Source: Candidatus Nomurabacteria bacterium (GTDB lineage Bacteria; Patescibacteriota; Minisyncoccia; Phycocordibacterales; SBAW01). Taken from it: a stretch of 64,000 nucleotides of DNA. Position 1 is the stretch's first letter, and each line of letters starts with the position of its first letter. Made by a program: the position numbers and the translations under genes. Below are positions 33,791-43,196 of this stretch, piece by piece. The stretch covers positions 277,953 to 341,952 of the forward strand of contig CALQZS010000001.1 of assembly GCA_943349945.1 (NCBI GenBank), read 5' to 3'. Under the pieces are notes generated by a model that saw only the letters and a list, made by a program, of their open reading frames with translations, did no database searches and was not told the DNA's origin.

Positions 33791-34885
33791 ATGGAGGATA
33801 AGAAGCTTCGGGTGGGGATACTCTTTGGCGGCAAATCTGCCGAGCATGAAGTGTCTTTGCAGTCGGCAAAAAACATTGCTGACGCGATAGATAAAACCAA
33901 GTACGAAGTTTCGCTTATTGCCATAGACAAAGCGGGTAAATGGTTGCTGCCAAACCAAGCAGAGTTTCTACTCAACGCAAGCGATCCAAAAAAAATAGCG
34001 CTCAACACTACTGGTAACGATAGTGTGGCCTTGGTCCCACAAAGTAGTGGGGAAGTGACCAGTCTCTCAAACACCCAAACGCTCCCCAAGGTTGATGTGG
34101 TATTCCCGATACTCCACGGGCCCTTTGGCGAGGATGGCACTGTGCAAGGATTGCTTAAACTTGCGGGTGTGCCGTTTGTGGGTGCGGGGGTGTTGGGCTC
34201 GGCGGTGGGGATGGACAAAGATGTGATGAAGCGTCTGTTGCGCGATTCAGGAGTGCCGATTGCAAAGTTTGTGGTCTTGCATCAAGAAGAGTCTGTTGAT
34301 TTCGCTGCAATTTCTAGTGAGTTAGGACTCCCGTTGTTTATAAAGCCTGCGAACTTAGGCTCGTCGGTTGGGGTCAGTAAAGCAAAAAACAAGCAGGAGT
34401 TTGATGTAGCAGTAGCAGAAGCATTTGAATTTGATACAAAAATTATTGTCGAAGAGTTTATTGAGGGAAGAGAGTTAGAGTGTGGCGTCTTGGGCAACCA
34501 AAACCCCGAGGCTTCGGTGGTGGGGGAGATTGTGCCGCATCACGAGTTTTACTCATACGAAGCGAAATATCTTGATGAGGATGGTGCGGCGTTGGTGGTG
34601 CCCGCAGATATACCAAAAGAGGCAGCAGAGCAGTTGCGCGCCTTGGCGGTATTGGTGTTTAAAGTGCTCTCTTGCGAAGGCTTGGCACGAGTAGACTTTT
34701 TCTATACAAAAGAGGGTAAGGTATTTGTGAATGAGATAAACACGATGCCCGGGTTTACAAAAATAAGCATGTACCCGCGGCTGTGGGGTGTGTCGGGGGT
34801 GTCCTACACAGACCTCATTAGTCGCCTCATCAGCTTGGCGCTCGAGCGGTTTGTGCAGGAGCAAAAACTTAAAACAGCCAGGTAA
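33791..34885 (+). CDS. ddl: D-alanine--D-alanine ligase
   Basis: '..LRVGILFGGKSAEHEVSLQSA..' N-terminal and ATP-grasp motifs '..VNEINTMPGFT..'. Confidence 0.85.
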   Translation: MEDKKLRVGILFGGKSAEHEVSLQSAKNIADAIDKTKYEVSLIAIDKAGKWLLPNQAEFLLNASDPKKIALNTTGNDSVALVPQSSGEVTSLSNTQTLPKVDVVFPILHGPFGEDGTVQGLLKLAGVPFVGAGVLGSAVGMDKDVMKRLLRDSGVPIAKFVVLHQEESVDFAAISSELGLPLFIKPANLGSSVGVSKAKNKQEFDVAVAEAFEFDTKIIVEEFIEGRELECGVLGNQNPEASVVGEIVPHHEFYSYEAKYLDEDGAALVVPADIPKEAAEQLRALAVLVFKVLSCEGLARVDFFYTKEGKVFVNEINTMPGFTKISMYPRLWGVSGVSYTDLISRLISLALERFVQEQKLKTAR

Positions 34886-34912
34886 CTTAGGGGGTGGTAC
34901 AATCGCACTACG

Positions 34913-35419
34913 ATGGCAAAGAAAGCAAAGAAAAAGCAAAAAGAGTATATGGAGCAACTGGCGCTCACGGTTACTCGTGCGGTCGGCTCTTTGGAGTCGG
35001 TAATCATCCACACATTCATTTTTGCGGGGAGTTTTGTATTGGTGCAGCTGGGGCTCGTGCCTTTTGAGCGGATGTTGCTTGTGTTGACCACCATTGTGTC
35101 TTTGGAGGCCATATACCTTTCTATTTTTATACAAATGACTATAAATTATACGACGCGTACTATCGAAAACGTCGAACAAGATATCGAAGAGATCCAAGAA
35201 GACATTGACGAAATCCAAGAGGACGTCGACGAGATTCAAGAAGACGTGGATGAAATTCAAGAAAATGTCGACGAGATTCAAGAGGATGTGGAAGAGATGA
35301 CCGAAGACGAAAAAGCAGAGGAGGCGGCGCAAGTGGGTCAAGAAAAAACACTCGACGAAATCCGCACAGGTCTACAAAAGCTCATGCAGGATGTTGAGAA
35401 GCTGCATAACCGCCCCTAA
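34913..35419 (+). CDS. hypothetical membrane protein (2 TM) with C-terminal tandem acidic heptad repeats (D/E-I/V-D/E-E-I-Q-E x6)
   Basis: '..EQDIEEIQEDIDEIQEDVDEIQEDVDEIQENVDEIQEDVEEM..' encoded by 21-nt tandem repeats at ~35163-35290; N-terminal architecture resembles DUF1003-type proteins. Confidence 0.45.
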   Translation: MAKKAKKKQKEYMEQLALTVTRAVGSLESVIIHTFIFAGSFVLVQLGLVPFERMLLVLTTIVSLEAIYLSIFIQMTINYTTRTIENVEQDIEEIQEDIDEIQEDVDEIQEDVDEIQENVDEIQEDVEEMTEDEKAEEAAQVGQEKTLDEIRTGLQKLMQDVEKLHNRP

Positions 35420-35424
35420 ACACT

Positions 35425-35874
35425 ATGGCAAAAATACAAAGAAAAATAAGCGACAAGGCATTTGGGTTTTGGTCTGAGTTTAAAAATTTTGCTATCAAAG
35501 GCAATGCGTTTGATTTGGCAATTGCGGTGGTCATCGGTAATGCGTTTAGCGCCATTGTGAACTCGCTAGTGGCAGACATAATCACGCCGCTGCTTGGGTT
35601 TGTAACCGGCAGCACTACCGACATAAAAAAACTATCAATAGATTTGGCGGTAGGAGAGAATCAGATTTTGCTTAACTACGGTGCATTTATACAAACGATA
35701 GTAAACTTCTTTGTGATCGCGCTCTCTATTTTTATGGTGTTTAAGCTTATTTCTGTAGCGCGCCAGCGGCTGTTTGTCCAGGGTGAGGCGGCAGTCCCCG
35801 CACATACCAAGCCTGCACAAGAGCTCTTGCTCGAAGAAATAAGGGATTTGCTCAAATCTCGACCGAAGGGGTAG
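35425..35874 (+). CDS. mscL: large-conductance mechanosensitive channel
   Basis: '..FKNFAIKGNAFDLAIAVVIGNAFSAIVNSLVADIITPLLG..' MscL TM1 signature. Confidence 0.85.
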   Translation: MAKIQRKISDKAFGFWSEFKNFAIKGNAFDLAIAVVIGNAFSAIVNSLVADIITPLLGFVTGSTTDIKKLSIDLAVGENQILLNYGAFIQTIVNFFVIALSIFMVFKLISVARQRLFVQGEAAVPAHTKPAQELLLEEIRDLLKSRPKG

Positions 35875-35892
35875 GAATGGTACAATGGGCCC

Positions 35893-36570
35893 ATGTCGGA
35901 ATCAAAAAAATTAGAACTTACCCCGTCGGTGTCCATTATTATCGCAGGCGCTTTGGTGGCGTTGGCAATCATCTTTACTAACAACTCTGCAGCTGGCCCA
36001 ACTCCTCTTGGGGTGCCCACAGCAGAGGCGCAGGTACGCTCTGTTGGTGCGGGTGACCACCTACTTGGTTCGCCGGATGCGCCCATAGTGCTTGTGGAAT
36101 TCTCGGACTTTCAATGTCCATACTGCAACGTCATCCACCCCACGCTTAAGAAAATTGTAGAAGAGTCAAATGGCCAAATTGCGTGGGTATATCGCCACCT
36201 GCCACTTACCAGCATCCACCCAGAGGCAGAGGCTGCTGCGGTGGCGTCTGAGTGTGTGGCGGAGCAGCTAGGGAACACTGGCTTTTGGAAGTTTGCAGAC
36301 ACACTGTTTGCAAACCAAGCACGACTTGGCTCTGCATATTACACAGAGGTTGCGGGGCAGCTAGGTGCAGACACTGGCGCGTTCGCTGCGTGTATGAATT
36401 CGGGCAAGTATGCAGACAAGGTGGCGGCCGACACCGCAGAGGCACAAAGTAATGGCGGCAACGGCACGCCCTTTACTGTAGTGGTCAATACAAAGACCGA
36501 CAAAACAGCAGCTGTATCCGGTGCGCTACCATACGCACAAATCATGTCGGTAATTAAATCGGTGCAGTAA
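35893..36570 (+). CDS. membrane-anchored DsbA-family thiol:disulfide oxidoreductase
   Basis: Thioredoxin-fold CxxC 'FSDFQCPYCN'; N-terminal TM anchor. Confidence 0.7.
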   Translation: MSESKKLELTPSVSIIIAGALVALAIIFTNNSAAGPTPLGVPTAEAQVRSVGAGDHLLGSPDAPIVLVEFSDFQCPYCNVIHPTLKKIVEESNGQIAWVYRHLPLTSIHPEAEAAAVASECVAEQLGNTGFWKFADTLFANQARLGSAYYTEVAGQLGADTGAFAACMNSGKYADKVAADTAEAQSNGGNGTPFTVVVNTKTDKTAAVSGALPYAQIMSVIKSVQ

Positions 36571-36625
36571 CGTCCTCTTTGGGGTTGGTGTCTATTAATG
36601 TAATTAGTAACATAATCATAAACAT

Positions 36626-37447
36626 ATGGGAGGAACACTATTTGAAGGTACAACAGGGGAGCGTTTGCGTAAGGTCGTGTTCGTTGCGGTGGGCGCGCTC
36701 GCGCTGTTTTTGGTCATAGAAGTTTTGAGTGGTTTGATGGGACTGCGCTACATAGGTACAGGTGTTGCAGCAACTAATACCATCACTGTTTCGGGCGAGG
36801 GTGAGGTGGTTGCGGTGCCAGACATTGCGACCTTTACGTTTGCTGTGGTGTCGCTTAAGACTACAGTGGCGGATGCACAGACAGACGCAACAGCCAAAGC
36901 AAATGCGGCAACGGCATACTTAAAGGACGCTGGGGTTGATGAAAAAGATATTCAAACCAGCGACTACTCTATCGTGCCGCAGTATGACTATCAGCAAGGT
37001 GTGTGCCCAGCTATAGGTGCGCCAGAAGGGGTGTCGTACTGTCCTCCGGGCCGGCAGGTGCTACGCGGCTACGAAGTGCGCCAAACGACTACAGTAAAGG
37101 TACGCGACACTGCAAAAGCAGGGGAGCTGTTGGCCGGCGTTGGCTCTAAAGGGGCAACTGAAGTCAGTGGACTCAACTTTACGTTTGATAATCCAACCGA
37201 AGTCGAGCAAGAGTCTCGCCGCAAGGCAATAGACGATGCAAAAGACAAAGCGTCCGTGTTGGCAAAACAGCTTGGTGTCTCGTTGGTGCGCGTCGTGTCC
37301 TTTAGCGAAAACGGCGGCGGCTACCCATCGCCTATGTACTACGGAATGGGCGGGGCAGTGGCTCAGGATGCAAAAGTAGCTCCAGAGATATCTGTTGGGC
37401 AAAACAAGCTCACCACAGTGGTCTCGGTTACTTACGAAATCCGCTAA
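36626..37447 (+). CDS. SIMPL/DUF541-family periplasmic protein
   Basis: '..ITVSGEGEVVAVPDIATFTFAV..' start of a SIMPL domain, N-terminal TM/signal anchor. Confidence 0.55.
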   Translation: MGGTLFEGTTGERLRKVVFVAVGALALFLVIEVLSGLMGLRYIGTGVAATNTITVSGEGEVVAVPDIATFTFAVVSLKTTVADAQTDATAKANAATAYLKDAGVDEKDIQTSDYSIVPQYDYQQGVCPAIGAPEGVSYCPPGRQVLRGYEVRQTTTVKVRDTAKAGELLAGVGSKGATEVSGLNFTFDNPTEVEQESRRKAIDDAKDKASVLAKQLGVSLVRVVSFSENGGGYPSPMYYGMGGAVAQDAKVAPEISVGQNKLTTVVSVTYEIR

Positions 37448-37465
37448 TAACGGTATATACAAAAA

Positions 37466-37497
37466 CCCGCAGCCTACGACAGGTTGCGGGTTTTTGC
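37466..37497 (+). terminator. rho-independent terminator after the SIMPL gene
   Basis: 'aaaaacccgcagcctacgacaggttgcgggttttt'. Confidence 0.55.
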
Positions 37498-37564
37498 TTG
37501 GTTGACAAAAGTATATAAGGAGACTATTATATGGAGCATAAAAAGCCCTCCGGGGCTTTTAAAA

Positions 37565-37750
37565 ATGGCAAAAAATACTATGTTGCAATATTTCAAAGAC
37601 GTACAAAGCGAGATGCGGCACGTGTCCTGGCCCACCAAACAACAAACCACTGTATATACAGCGGTGGTTATTGCAGTATCTTTGACGACTGCGGTGTACC
37701 TTGGGGTGTGGGACTATGTCTTTGCTGCCCTAGTTAAAGCAATAATCTAA
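37565..37750 (+). CDS. secE: preprotein translocase subunit SecE
   Basis: 61-aa protein '..SEMRHVSWPTKQQTTVYTAVVIAVSL..' with single TM; immediately upstream of nusG as in the conserved secE-nusG-rplK operon. Confidence 0.7.
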   Translation: MAKNTMLQYFKDVQSEMRHVSWPTKQQTTVYTAVVIAVSLTTAVYLGVWDYVFAALVKAII

Positions 37751-37754
37751 CTAT

Positions 37755-38306
37755 ATGAGTAAACAAGACTCCAGTGTTGGGCGGGCGTGGTATGCGATAC
37801 ACACCTATGCCGGGTATGAAAACGCGGTGGCGCGTAACTTGCGCCAGCGTATAGAGTCGCTTGGCATCTCGGACAAAATTTTTAACGTAGTGGTTCCTAC
37901 AGAGCGCACCATTAAAATCAAAGGTGGTCGTCGCGTAGAGGAAGAAGAAAAGGTCTACCCAGGCTACGTGTTGGTAGAGATGTCCGTGGACGACCAGTCT
38001 TGGTTTGTGGTGCGCAACACTCCGCGCGTGACGGGGTTCGTAGGCTCGGGCGTAAACCCTGTGCCACTCAAACAATCAGAAGTCGACACACTCCTTGGCC
38101 GCATGCAAGAAAAGGAAGGTGCGGTAAAACATGCTATAGACTTTGCCGCCGGGGACTCGGTGGTCATTGTGGACGGGCCGTTTAAAGACCTGGATGGCAA
38201 GGTGGGCGAGGTAGATGAGGCGCGCGGCAAGGTAAAGGTGCTTGTGTCTATGTTTGGTCGCGAAACACCCGTCGAGTTGGATTTTTTGCAAATTAAGCGC
38301 ATTTAA
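37755..38306 (+). CDS. nusG: transcription termination/antitermination factor NusG
   Basis: NGN domain 'WYAIHTYAGYENAV..', KOW motif '..GDSVVIVDGPFKDLDGKVGEVD..'. Confidence 0.9.
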   Translation: MSKQDSSVGRAWYAIHTYAGYENAVARNLRQRIESLGISDKIFNVVVPTERTIKIKGGRRVEEEEKVYPGYVLVEMSVDDQSWFVVRNTPRVTGFVGSGVNPVPLKQSEVDTLLGRMQEKEGAVKHAIDFAAGDSVVIVDGPFKDLDGKVGEVDEARGKVKVLVSMFGRETPVELDFLQIKRI

Positions 38307-38327
38307 GGTAGTATCCCCAAACACGAT

Positions 38328-38750
38328 ATGGCAAAGAAAATCACCAAAAAAATAAAGATTATCGCCCCAGCAGGTAAGGCTACTCCTGCGCCTCCACTTG
38401 GTACCACTTTGGGCCCAGCCGGCATCAACATTGGCGAGTTCGTTAAGAAGTTTAACGATGCGACGCAGCCGATGATCGGTAACCTCATTCCTTGTGAGAT
38501 AACCATCTACGAGGACCGCTCGTACGACTTTATCCTCAAGACTCCTCCAGCATCAGGTCTTATCATGAAGGCACTGGGCAAGGAGAAGGGCTCGGGCAAA
38601 CCAAATACTGCAAAAATCGGCACCCTGTCTAAAGACCAGCTTCGCGCAATCGCAGAGCAAAAAATGGTAGACCTAAACGCAAACGACGTAGAGGCCGCAA
38701 TGAAAATAATCGCCGGCTCTGCTCGCTCGATGGGGGTGGACGTTAAATAA
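38328..38750 (+). CDS. rplK: 50S ribosomal protein L11
   Basis: '..[35 protein letters not shown]..' uL11 signature. Confidence 0.9.
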   Translation: MAKKITKKIKIIAPAGKATPAPPLGTTLGPAGINIGEFVKKFNDATQPMIGNLIPCEITIYEDRSYDFILKTPPASGLIMKALGKEKGSGKPNTAKIGTLSKDQLRAIAEQKMVDLNANDVEAAMKIIAGSARSMGVDVK

Positions 38751-38769
38751 ACATTTCTCAAGTGCTAAA

Positions 38770-38800
38770 AATAAAACCGCCTCAATGAGGCGGTTTTTGT
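38770..38800 (+). terminator. rho-independent terminator after rplK (rplA does not follow)
   Basis: 'aaaaccgcctcaatgaggcggttttt'. Confidence 0.55.
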
Positions 38801-38832
38801 TGTCTGTACGTAGACGGTCTGGCGCCGTTTCG

Positions 38833-39423
38833 TCAGAATTTGGCGAGCTGCGGTCGCGCCGGAAATAGAGTCAACGCAACAACAACACCCGGCACGAATA
38901 AGTAAATTAGTGGCTGTGCAGCAGACTCAATCGACCATTGCCGGAGAGCCACTAAGATACAGATTGAAGAAACCATCATGAGAATCCATGGTAGCGGCTT
39001 CTCGACCTCTGGGTTGAGCCAGACTTCCTTAAATAGTGGAAATGAGCCTAGAACAACAGCTAGTGAGTTGAAGACGACTCCCCATAAAGGATCTCCAGTA
39101 CTTTGCCATAGTGCGATCGACGTGCCGGCCAAAACAATGCACGCCACGTCAAACGTAGACCATGCCCAGGCCTTGCCATAGCGCAAGGTGAGTACGAGCA
39201 CGACAACATCTGCGCCAGTTGTGCTAAGAATCTGGAGATTCAACGTGCCTGCTTCATACATACTCAATGTGAGCAGGGTTGATAGGACGGTCCAGACCAG
39301 CCACGTTGCCTTGGTGGGCAATATGGTGCCTCGTAGGATGCCCAGTATATAAAAAAGGGTTGCTACAGGCACCAAAACGGCGGACAGTATTTCAAGCAGT
39401 GTTCGAAACTCAGGCACGCACAC
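38833..39423 (-). CDS. hypothetical polytopic membrane protein
   Basis: 196-aa ORF, ~6 TM helices, no motif recognised. Confidence 0.45.
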   Translation of the reverse strand: MCVPEFRTLLEILSAVLVPVATLFYILGILRGTILPTKATWLVWTVLSTLLTLSMYEAGTLNLQILSTTGADVVVLVLTLRYGKAWAWSTFDVACIVLAGTSIALWQSTGDPLWGVVFNSLAVVLGSFPLFKEVWLNPEVEKPLPWILMMVSSICILVALRQWSIESAAQPLIYLFVPGVVVALTLFPARPQLAKF

Positions 39424-39515
39424 CTCCTGTTTATTGAGCGCTCATTAGTAGCGCAAGATCAAGCTTGCTGCATAGTGACAGATATCCTCTTATTGTCAAT
39501 AGATTAGCTAGAGAA

Positions 39516-40013
39516 CTAGCGTTCCAAAGTAGTCCACCTATAGTTGAGGCCGTTGTGTTGATGTTTTTCCTCGAGTATTTTTTTGGTAAAAAGATGTTCG
39601 TAGGCGGGGAAGTATGTATCAGCTGGCTTCTCGTCATCCACTAACGTGAGGTAAAGACGGTCAACAAAAGGCAGTGCTTGTTCGTACAGTTGTGCGCCAC
39701 CGCCAATATGTATTTCCACATCATCTAACGCCCGTGCTTTTTCTAACCCTTCTTCAAGTGAGTGAGCTACCAACACACCTTCGTGGTGCCAGGTTGGGTC
39801 GCGCGTAATTACAATGTTGGTGCGTCCTGGGAGTGGTGTGCCTAGTAGTGCAAGAATAGACTCAAACGTCTTGCGACCCATAATAACGGGGTGTCCCAAG
39901 GTAAGTGCTTTAAAGCGTCTCAAGTCTTCTGGAATATGCCACAATAGTCCTCCCGCATTTCCGATTTCTCGGTTTTTACCTACCGCAACAACAATACTTA
40001 CGCGGGCTGCCAT
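39516..40013 (-). CDS. folA: dihydrofolate reductase
   Basis: 'MAARVSIVVAVGKNREIGNAGGLLWHIPEDLRRFKALTLGHPVIMGRKTFESI..' DHFR signature; start set at MAARV. Confidence 0.8.
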   Translation of the reverse strand: MAARVSIVVAVGKNREIGNAGGLLWHIPEDLRRFKALTLGHPVIMGRKTFESILALLGTPLPGRTNIVITRDPTWHHEGVLVAHSLEEGLEKARALDDVEIHIGGGAQLYEQALPFVDRLYLTLVDDEKPADTYFPAYEHLFTKKILEEKHQHNGLNYRWTTLER

Positions 40014-40015
40014 AT

Positions 40016-40657
40016 TTACGCTTTCTTTTTTACTGCGAACTCTTTCTTTAGTTTTTTGATGTCTCCATTGAACACAAACTTCATTTCTGCTGATTTTTCT
40101 TTTTTGCCTTTGTCGACAACATCTTTTTGATGCCAACGACTCTTACGTGCTTCAACGGGGTGCGCTAGTTCTTCGAACACAATTTGGCAAAAACGCTCGC
40201 CAGGATGGAGTTGGATCACTTGCGAGTTAGTGTTATTGCGGATGGGGAGCGTGAGTGGGCCTTCATATCCCGAGTCGATAATACCAGTAAGGTCTACCGA
40301 GAGACCTTTGCGGTTGACCGATGAGCGAGGGTAGAGGATTGCCATAAGGTCGTTGGGAATTTTAATTGTTTCGAATGTAGAAACTAGGACATACTCCTCG
40401 GGCAGAAGGTCAAAGTGTTGCCCTTGTTCAAGCTCTATAACATCAAAATATTCTGGGCCGTGGTCGCGCAAAGGGTCAATACTGAGCGCCTCGCGTCCTT
40501 GGTCGGTCATGCGCCATGCCTTTGGGATAAGGAAGGTAAACCCAAGCCGGAGGTCGACAGCATGGGCTTGGAGTTGGAAGCTGTCGAGACCTGGGTTAAT
40601 GCCAATGTTGCCACTGTGTACGCGCTCGAGGATTTCTTGTTTGGTAAGTATAGACAT
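40016..40657 (-). CDS. dcd: dCTP deaminase (dUTPase superfamily) with Lys-rich C-terminal tail
   Basis: '..ILYPRSSVNRKGLSVDLTGIIDSGYEGPLTL..' dCTP deaminase/dUTPase motif. Confidence 0.7.
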   Translation of the reverse strand: MSILTKQEILERVHSGNIGINPGLDSFQLQAHAVDLRLGFTFLIPKAWRMTDQGREALSIDPLRDHGPEYFDVIELEQGQHFDLLPEEYVLVSTFETIKIPNDLMAILYPRSSVNRKGLSVDLTGIIDSGYEGPLTLPIRNNTNSQVIQLHPGERFCQIVFEELAHPVEARKSRWHQKDVVDKGKKEKSAEMKFVFNGDIKKLKKEFAVKKKA

Positions 40658-40662
40658 ATGAG

Positions 40663-41499
40663 TTATAAGACAACGTGTAATCCTGAAATGGCAGGCAATG
40701 GGGTGTACTGATTTTCAAAACTGGCGACCAGCTCTGCCGCTAGCTTCCTGTCCTTTTTTTCTGCACGGTCGAACGCATTTTTTGGCATGGCTACCCGGAT
40801 TGGTTTATGAGTAGGCTTGCGCTTCAAGAGTTCTTTTACGGCTGCATACTGGTTGTCATATATATGTGCGTTGGAAATTGAGTGCGAATATACGCCAACT
40901 TTGACGCCAAGTTTTTGTGCCAGTATGCACTGCAACAATGCAAACCCGGCGACGTCAGCAGGGAAGCCAAGTACCATGTCGTTTGAACGCACAATGTTGT
41001 GTAGGTGCAGTCGGCCGCCAATAATATTTACGGTAAAGGAATAGGGGCACGGCACATTTTTCTTTTTAAACAAACTGAGTCCATCGCTTGCTGGATCCCA
41101 GGTGATGATAACGCCATGGCGCGAGCTAGGTTCTTTTTTAAGGAGGTCAACAAGTTTGCCGAGCTGATCGCGACCAAAATGTTTGCGCCACCTGTAGCCG
41201 TAGGCAACGGTTACCACGTCTGCTGGGTTGGTAAAGCTGTCCCAGATTTTTGTGTACTCACGTAAAAAGTCTGCAGGCTTGCGTGTGCCAGCAATAAACC
41301 ATATCTGCTCGGCCACGAACATCTTTATTGGGATTTTGCGGAGTGTTAAAAGAGGGAAGCCATCTTTTTCGATATCTATAGAAAAATGTACGCCGGGGAG
41401 CGCGGCTGTTTCGTGTCCCGTACGCTGTGATTGCTCGCGAATGCCTTTTTTAAAAATTTGGCCAAGCATGTCCTGGTAGATTCGGTCGAAAGTGGCCAT
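40663..41499 (-). CDS. thyA: thymidylate synthase (ThyA family; divergent)
   Basis: N-terminal '..DGFPLLTLRKIPIKMFVAEQIWFIAG..' and catalytic Cys region '..NVPCPYSFTV..'; genomic context with folA/dcd/tmk. Confidence 0.65.
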   Translation of the reverse strand: MATFDRIYQDMLGQIFKKGIREQSQRTGHETAALPGVHFSIDIEKDGFPLLTLRKIPIKMFVAEQIWFIAGTRKPADFLREYTKIWDSFTNPADVVTVAYGYRWRKHFGRDQLGKLVDLLKKEPSSRHGVIITWDPASDGLSLFKKKNVPCPYSFTVNIIGGRLHLHNIVRSNDMVLGFPADVAGFALLQCILAQKLGVKVGVYSHSISNAHIYDNQYAAVKELLKRKPTHKPIRVAMPKNAFDRAEKKDRKLAAELVASFENQYTPLPAISGLHVVL

Positions 41500-41585
41500 G
41501 CGGCAATTATAGGGGTAGGCAGGGGAGGCTACAAGGTAGAGCTTTTTGGCACATATGGTATAAATGCCAAGGAAAGGATGATGCT

Positions 41586-42071
41586 ATGAATATTACATAC
41601 CCGTATCTTCCGCCTAATCGAAGTTTTTTGTACGTCGCTGCTGAGCATCCGCACATGGTTGCTGCAAAAAACCACGCACGGGAGCATTCTTTGGACGCCA
41701 CTGTTCCTACAGGATCGGTTGTAGTGGTGGGGGATATGGTCGTAGGTCGGGGGGCAAACGGCAGTACCTACCACGAAGATCATGGATGTGAGCGTGTGCG
41801 GCAAGGGGTGCCCACAGGACAAAGGTATGACCTGTGCGAAGGGTGCCACCCAAAAAACCACAGCGAGTTACGTGCGATTGCGGATGCGCAGGCACAAGGA
41901 CATCAACTAGCCGGAGCAAGTTTGTACTTGTGGGGTCACTGGTGGGCATGCCAAGATTGTTGGGAAGCGATCATCGCTGCAGGTATTACAGATGTGTTCC
42001 TTGTAGCAGGTAGCGAGAAGCTATTTAACAGAGACCACCCAGACAATAGTATTGGCCGGCAGTTTGCATAA
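41586..42071 (+). CDS. dCMP/cytidine deaminase zinc-binding family protein
   Basis: 'H(S)E..PCxxC' zinc-binding motif ('..HSELRAIADA..' and '..ACQDCWEAIIAAGI..'). Confidence 0.6.
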   Translation: MNITYPYLPPNRSFLYVAAEHPHMVAAKNHAREHSLDATVPTGSVVVVGDMVVGRGANGSTYHEDHGCERVRQGVPTGQRYDLCEGCHPKNHSELRAIADAQAQGHQLAGASLYLWGHWWACQDCWEAIIAAGITDVFLVAGSEKLFNRDHPDNSIGRQFA

Positions 42072-42088
42072 GCTGCCGGTATTTTTTT

Positions 42089-42790
42089 ATGAAACACAAA
42101 GGAAAACTAATTGTTATTGATGGATCCGACGGGGTGGGGAAGGCCACCCAGACAAAACTGCTTGTAGAGCGACTCAAAAAAGAGAAAATCCCCGTAGCGA
42201 CGCTCGACTTCCCACAGTACGAGAGCAATTTTTTTGGCAAACTGGTGGGAGGCTGCTTGGCCGGCAAGTATGGGGACTTTGTTGCGCTCGATCCGCATAT
42301 TGCATCGGTGCTCTATGCGGCCGACAGATTTGAGTCGAAGGCAAAAATAGAAAAGTGGCTGCGCGAGGGCAAGGTGGTGGTCTTGGACCGGTATGTAAGC
42401 GCCAACCAAATGCACCAAGGTGGCAAAATCCGCGATGCGCGTGCGCGGAAAAACTTTCTAACCTGGCTCGACCAGATGGAGCATGGTGTGTTTGGGCTGC
42501 CGCGGCCCGACCTTATTTTGTGTCTCCACTTGCCCTTGGAGATGTCGCTGCAGCTTTTGGCTCAAAAAAGTGCCACAGAAAAAAAGAAATATTTAGGGAA
42601 GGGGGTAGTAAAGGATACGGTAGAAAGCGATGCTCGCTACCTACTTAATGCGCAAGAAGGGGCGCTCAAGTTGGTAAAGGCGCACAATAATTGGCAAAAA
42701 ATAACCTGTGCGGTGCGGGGTGCTATTTTGCCACGCGAGGACATACACGAGCGGCTGTGGGCAATTGTCCGCACACACCTTCCGCGGTAA
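42089..42790 (+). CDS. tmk: thymidylate kinase
   Basis: '..GKLIVIDGSDGVGKATQTKLL..' P-loop, DRY-like motif '..VLDRYVSANQMHQG..'. Confidence 0.85.
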   Translation: MKHKGKLIVIDGSDGVGKATQTKLLVERLKKEKIPVATLDFPQYESNFFGKLVGGCLAGKYGDFVALDPHIASVLYAADRFESKAKIEKWLREGKVVVLDRYVSANQMHQGGKIRDARARKNFLTWLDQMEHGVFGLPRPDLILCLHLPLEMSLQLLAQKSATEKKKYLGKGVVKDTVESDARYLLNAQEGALKLVKAHNNWQKITCAVRGAILPREDIHERLWAIVRTHLPR

Positions 42791-42800
42791 CATACACGAT

Positions 42801-43136
42801 ATGGATTTTAACGAGTATCAACAGACGGCCAACAAGACGGCCACATACTCAAAAAATGACCAAGAGTATAAACTGATGTACTTGTCTTTGGGTTTGGCGG
42901 GCGAGACAGGCGAGGTTATCGAAAAAATAAAGAAAATCATTCGCAACGATGGAGCAGTGGTGAGTGAAGAAAAAAAGCACTTACTTATGCACGAGCTGGG
43001 CGACGTGTTGTGGTACCTTTCGCAAATGGCCAAAGAGCTTGATGTGTCGTTTGACGAAGTTGCGGCGGCAAACCTGCAAAAACTTGCAGACCGCGCAGCG
43101 CGTGGGGCCATCAAGAGCGAAGGGGATACGCGATAA
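42801..43136 (+). CDS. MazG-like nucleotide pyrophosphohydrolase
   Basis: '..LGLAGETGEVIEKIKK..HELGDVLWYLSQMAKEL..' all-alpha NTP-PPase EExxE motifs; start set at MDFNEYQ. Confidence 0.6.
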   Translation: MDFNEYQQTANKTATYSKNDQEYKLMYLSLGLAGETGEVIEKIKKIIRNDGAVVSEEKKHLLMHELGDVLWYLSQMAKELDVSFDEVAAANLQKLADRAARGAIKSEGDTR

Positions 43137-43196
43137 ATTTTTATGATCTAAGTTTTACACAGCACGGCACGTTTAGTTACCTAACCGATTTTTACT

